NCBI RefSeq assembly: GCF_006345805.1
Contig: NW_021826718.1
Location: 1 to 12,102 of the forward strand
DNA length: 12,102 nt
From: Octopus sinensis
Lineage: Eukaryota
Direction of reading: 5' to 3'
Shown: positions 8,443 to 12,102 of the stretch, one piece after another
Numbering within the stretch: position 1 is the first letter of the stretch
Layout of the letters: every line of letters starts with the position of its first letter
Translations under genes and position numbers: made by a program
The notes under the pieces: model-generated
The model's input: the letters and a program-made list of their open reading frames with translations, nothing else
The model's database searches: none
Told to the model about the DNA's origin: nothing

Positions 8443-8666
8443 TACATATATGTTTCTTGAGGGCGAACCGGCAGCCAAGTCCACAGGACTGTTTACACAA
8501 ATGTTCACTCGGGTGAGCCAAGAAGATACGGTGTTCGTTCCTGCTTCGAAGAGAGCTTCTCTATGCGTAAGGTTTTCCCTGAGAGAAGTTTTAGTGATGT
8601 CTGTTCATTAGGGCTGCTCTCCCCAAAAAGACCGATTTAACAGTTACGCTTTCGGGTTGCAGTTCC

Positions 8667-8741
8667 TGCGCATGCACATGAGGGAATTTCTGGCAGCCTA
8701 CCAGAAGTAATCCAACTCTGCGCATGCGCGCTGAAACTTCC
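8667..8741. promoter_or_regulatory. Two NRF1-like GCGCATGC motifs plus an ETS-like core; candidate promoter-like island
   Basis: TGCGCATGCAC at 8667-8677, TGCGCATGCGC at 8719-8729, ACTTCC at 8736-8741. Motif match only; it could be internal to a transposon. Confidence 0.25.
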
Positions 8742-8758
8742 ACAGTAGCATCACTACA

Positions 8759-8967
8759 CTTTTCTACTATTGTCAGAAGGCATGAAATTTTAGGGGATGG
8801 GGCTAGCTGATTGTATCAACCCCAATACTTACAGCTGGTACTTAATTCATAGACTCTGAAAGGACAAAAGGCAAAATTCAGTCACATGAACTTGGAATAT
8901 AAAGTTGGATGAAATGCAGCTAAGCTTTTTGTTTGGTACACTAATGATTCTGCCAGCTTGCCACTTT
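8759..8967 (-). mobile_element. Diverged SINE family C copy
   Basis: Minus strand AAAGTGGCAAGCTGGCAGAATCATTAG...AATTAAGTACCAGCTG...AAAATTTCATGCC...ATAGTAGAAAAG; homologous to 6083-6299. Confidence 0.7.
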
Positions 8968-8993
8968 AATTAATACTAATGATAATTATTATT

Positions 8994-9226
8994 AGGGTGG
9001 TGATTTGGCTGGACTGCTAGGATGTGACGCTTGTTCCTGCTCTTTACATTCTGAGTTCAGATCCCACCAAGGTCAACTCTGCTTTTCAGTCATCAGAGAG
9101 TGGATATGGGGGTCGGGCAACAAAATAAGGGACCAGTCATGTACTGAGATTGACATAATCAATTAATCCTCTTCGTTAAATTTCTAACTTCATACCTATA
9201 TTGGAAGTAATTATTATTATTATTAT
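8994..9226 (+). mobile_element. Diverged SINE family C copy
   Basis: B box GAGTTCAGATCCC at 9053-9065, AAGGTCAACTCTGCTTTTCA, AAAATAAGGGACCAG, and a CCTATATTGGAAGTA + (ATT)n tail. Confidence 0.65.
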
Positions 9227-9253
9227 AAGGTGGCGAGCTGGCAGAATTGTTAG
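9227..9253 (+). mobile_element. SINE family C head fragment
   Basis: AAGGTGGCGAGCTGGCAGAATTGTTAG matches 6906-6932; homology ends where the family A copy begins. Confidence 0.65.
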
Positions 9254-9312
9254 TCATGGCTGATGCTAGTGTTATATAACTGGTACCCATGTCGGTGGCA
9301 TGTAAAGAATAC

Positions 9313-9490
9313 CTTTTGAGCGTTGGGCCTCATAGAGATAAAGTTCTTTTCAAGTGTTGGGCCTCATGGAAGCAAAGTCGTTGAGTTTCTTTGAGCAGTG
9401 GACCTCATGGAGGCAAAGTAGCTGTGTTCCTTTCGAACATTGGGCCTTAGAGAGGCAAAGTGGCTGAATTCCTTTCAAGTGTTGGACAAT
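9313..9490 (+). repeat. Degenerate ~42-bp minisatellite (4-5 units) inside family A
   Basis: GG(G/A)C core at 9325, 9359, 9400, 9442 and 9484 (periods 34, 41, 42, 42). Confidence 0.8.
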
Positions 9491-9702
9491 GACCAAGACT
9501 TTTGGCATTATATCGTGCTTGAGCAAACTCCCATCAAGCTGAGCAAAATCGCAGTCATAGTAGATACAGGTGCCACACAAATGGCACCCACGCTGGTGGC
9601 ACATAAAGGCACCCGTTACACTCTCAGAGTGGTTGGCATTAGGAAGGGCATCCAGCCATAGAGAAAACGATGCCAAATCAGATAGTCTGGTGCAACCGTG
9701 TA

Positions 9703-10080
9703 GGCATAGGAGTGGCTGTGTGGTAAGTAGCTTGCTTACGTACTACATGGTTCCGGGTTCAGTCCCACTGCGTGGCACCTTGGGCGAGTGTCTTCTACTA
9801 TAGCCTCGGGCCAACAAAGCCTTGTGAGTGGATTTGGTAGACGGAAACTGAAAGAAGCCCGTCATATATATGTATATGTATATATATATGTGTTTGTGTG
9901 TCTGTGTTTGTCCCCCCCCCCCAACATTACTTGACAACCAATGCTGGTGTGTTTACGTCCCCGTAACTTAGCGGTTTGGCAAAAGTTACCGATAGAATAA
10001 GTACTAGGCTTACAAAGAATAAATCCTGGGGTCGGTTTGCTCGACTAAAAGGCGGTGAAACAAGTAAAAGAGTAAAGAGT
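9703..10080 (+). mobile_element. Full-length SINE family B nested in the family A copy
   Basis: A box TGGCTGTGTGG at 9713, B box GGTTCAGTCCC at 9756, GAGTAAAGAGT tail, and a 28-nt deletion between 10057 and 10058 relative to the other copies. Confidence 0.85.
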
Positions 10081-10135
10081 TACCAGCCCTGGTCAAACCG
10101 TCCAACCCCATGCTAGCATGGACAATAGATGTTAA

Positions 10136-10702
<567 letters not shown>

Positions 10703-11268
10703 TGATGACTACTGAGAAAGAGAGAAATTTAATTAGTATTTTAGCAATTTAACAACACACAAAAACTGTTAAATTCACTTTCAGTTTATTTCATAAGGTG
10801 TCGAAATTTTCATCACACAGCTGTGACCTGGTCACTGACACAGATTATTTCATTATATCATGGCCAGATGTTTTATCACCAGACATTTTTTGGTGCCAGA
10901 TACATAAATATATTTTCACTATTTAAATAAAAAATAGTGTCAATATAATTAAACATCATTTTTTTTTTTTTTTTTTGCAACAGCTGAATTTTATTTTAAC
11001 AAAAAAAAAAAGAAAAAAAGAAAAAGTTTCTTTATAAAAATAATGAAAAAAACACACACACACGCACACACACAACAAAGATAAAGGAAAGGAAAATAGT
11101 TATAATAAACCAGTCCAATGAATATATCCAGTGCCGAAATATCTTGTCTCCATATATTCTGGTTGGTAAGAGATAACGGTGATTTTTAAGTTTTGCCTTT
11201 GTCAGCTTTGTAAAATGTACCTTTCTGAAAGGTAGAATCTGAAAGGCTGACAAAGACGAAACCTTTAA

Positions 11269-11489
11269 CCCTTTAGCATTCAGATTATTTTGTCAAATCT
11301 AATGCTTATTTATTCACATTGTTTTGAATCAACCGTGCACCGTCTCATAGCTTCATGATTTCAATAATGTGATTGCTTATTTTTCAGAATCACATTGCGG
11401 GATATGTATGAAAGGTTGGATCTGGTCAATTTGGACATAAAACAAGTAGAATATTTGGGCCGGATATGGCCGGTTTGAATGCTAAAGGG
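11269..11489. mobile_element. piggyBac-type MITE (221 bp)
   Basis: Perfect 14-bp TIRs CCCTTTAGCATTCA (11269-11282) and TGAATGCTAAAGGG (11476-11489), with TTAA at 11265-11268 and 11490-11493. CCC/GGG ends plus a TTAA duplication are piggyBac hallmarks. Confidence 0.85.
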
Positions 11490-11616
11490 TTAAGTCACGG
11501 TTACCTTTTGCCAGCAAAAATAAATAATTCGCTCCAACATACATATTGAGTCCTTTAGTCAGTTGATGTTTTGCTTTTTGTATCTTTTTTTTTTTTTTTT
11601 TTTTGCTTTTACAGGG

Positions 11617-11830
11617 CAGGGTTTCTCAACAGAATTTAAGACTGTCTGTGGGAATCACCATATGCTGATAACTTAGTTCTGCCAAAGAATTAGTGAAGAT
11701 ATTCTAAATGAAGAAGCAAAACCTAAAACTGTGGGATCTCAAGGTAAACCAAGCAAAGACAAATATTTTAGTTAGCAGCAAAGAAGACAGGATTTTACTG
11801 TCATCATCTGTAAAGTGGCAATGCCTGTCT
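11617..11830 (+). pseudogene. Decayed RTE-type non-LTR reverse-transcriptase fragment
   Basis: Frameshifted translation QGFSTEFKT / LWESPYADNLVL / KKQNLKLWDLKVNQAKTNILVSSKEDR...KWQC. The YADD motif is decayed to YADN (11661-11672), followed by the L(K/R)VNxxKT motif typical of non-LTR RTs. Stops and frameshifts are present. Confidence 0.75.
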
Positions 11831-12102
11831 TCCATGTTTGGTAAGTGTTATACATGAAACTCTAGGCCCCCAAATAACGACTGGAGTGTTTTCAGCTTTT
11901 AAAAATAAAAATGTGTGCATCTTTCTCTCTCGTCTTTTTCATGCAATGAAGACGTATCAAAACTTTTCTGTCTTGCAATGAGGACTTTGTCCTAAACTCA
12001 CCTCGCTACAGTATAACTCCTTTAATTTTACATTTGAATCAAATGATACAATTATTATCATCAAGGTAAACCTCCCTAGTTGCATGAATTTTTTCATCAG
12101 TC

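Larger units (their letters stand above)
9253..10167 (+). mobile_element. Family A (RTE-like) 3' end with ORF-end remnant, interrupted by SINE B (host parts 9253-9702 and 10081-10167)
   Basis: In-frame remnant RTLGLREA...DQDFWHYIVLE (9434-9523) resembles the DRxxWR-type C-terminus of RTE-clade proteins. The family A 3' UTR resumes at 10081 (TACCAGCCCTGGTCAAACCGTCCAACC...) and ends in (GAT)10. Confidence 0.7.

Noticed and set aside
10740-10950. Possible DNA-transposon fragment with the small palindrome GTGACCTGGTCAC
   Set aside because: No TIR pair or TSD could be found.
10959-10983. Poly-T plus CAACAG as a splice acceptor
   Set aside because: There is no convincing downstream donor or coding frame, and poly-T and poly-A runs are common here.

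Overview
AT-rich eukaryotic non-coding DNA made almost entirely of transposable-element remnants and microsatellites. I recognise the repeat families from memory as octopus (coleoid cephalopod) repeats; this is not confirmed by a search. No intact protein-coding gene, RNA gene or CRISPR array is supported, and the ORF track is microsatellite or repeat noise. Supported contents: four 3' ends of an RTE-like LINE with (GAT)n tails, and a decayed RTE-type reverse-transcriptase fragment (YADN for YADD). Three groups of tRNA-derived SINEs are present (labelled B, C and D here), plus a 303-bp non-autonomous Helitron, a 221-bp piggyBac-type MITE with a TTAA duplication, two copies of a long palindromic element, a 556-bp element embedded in (TAA)n, and a 533-bp (GAC)n tract. 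I found no convincing new multi-gene system. The best leads are structural: three independent fold-back structures, a TSD-flanked SINE dimer, a 15-nt hairpin shared by two SINE families, and an RT remnant bracketed by strong splice signals.
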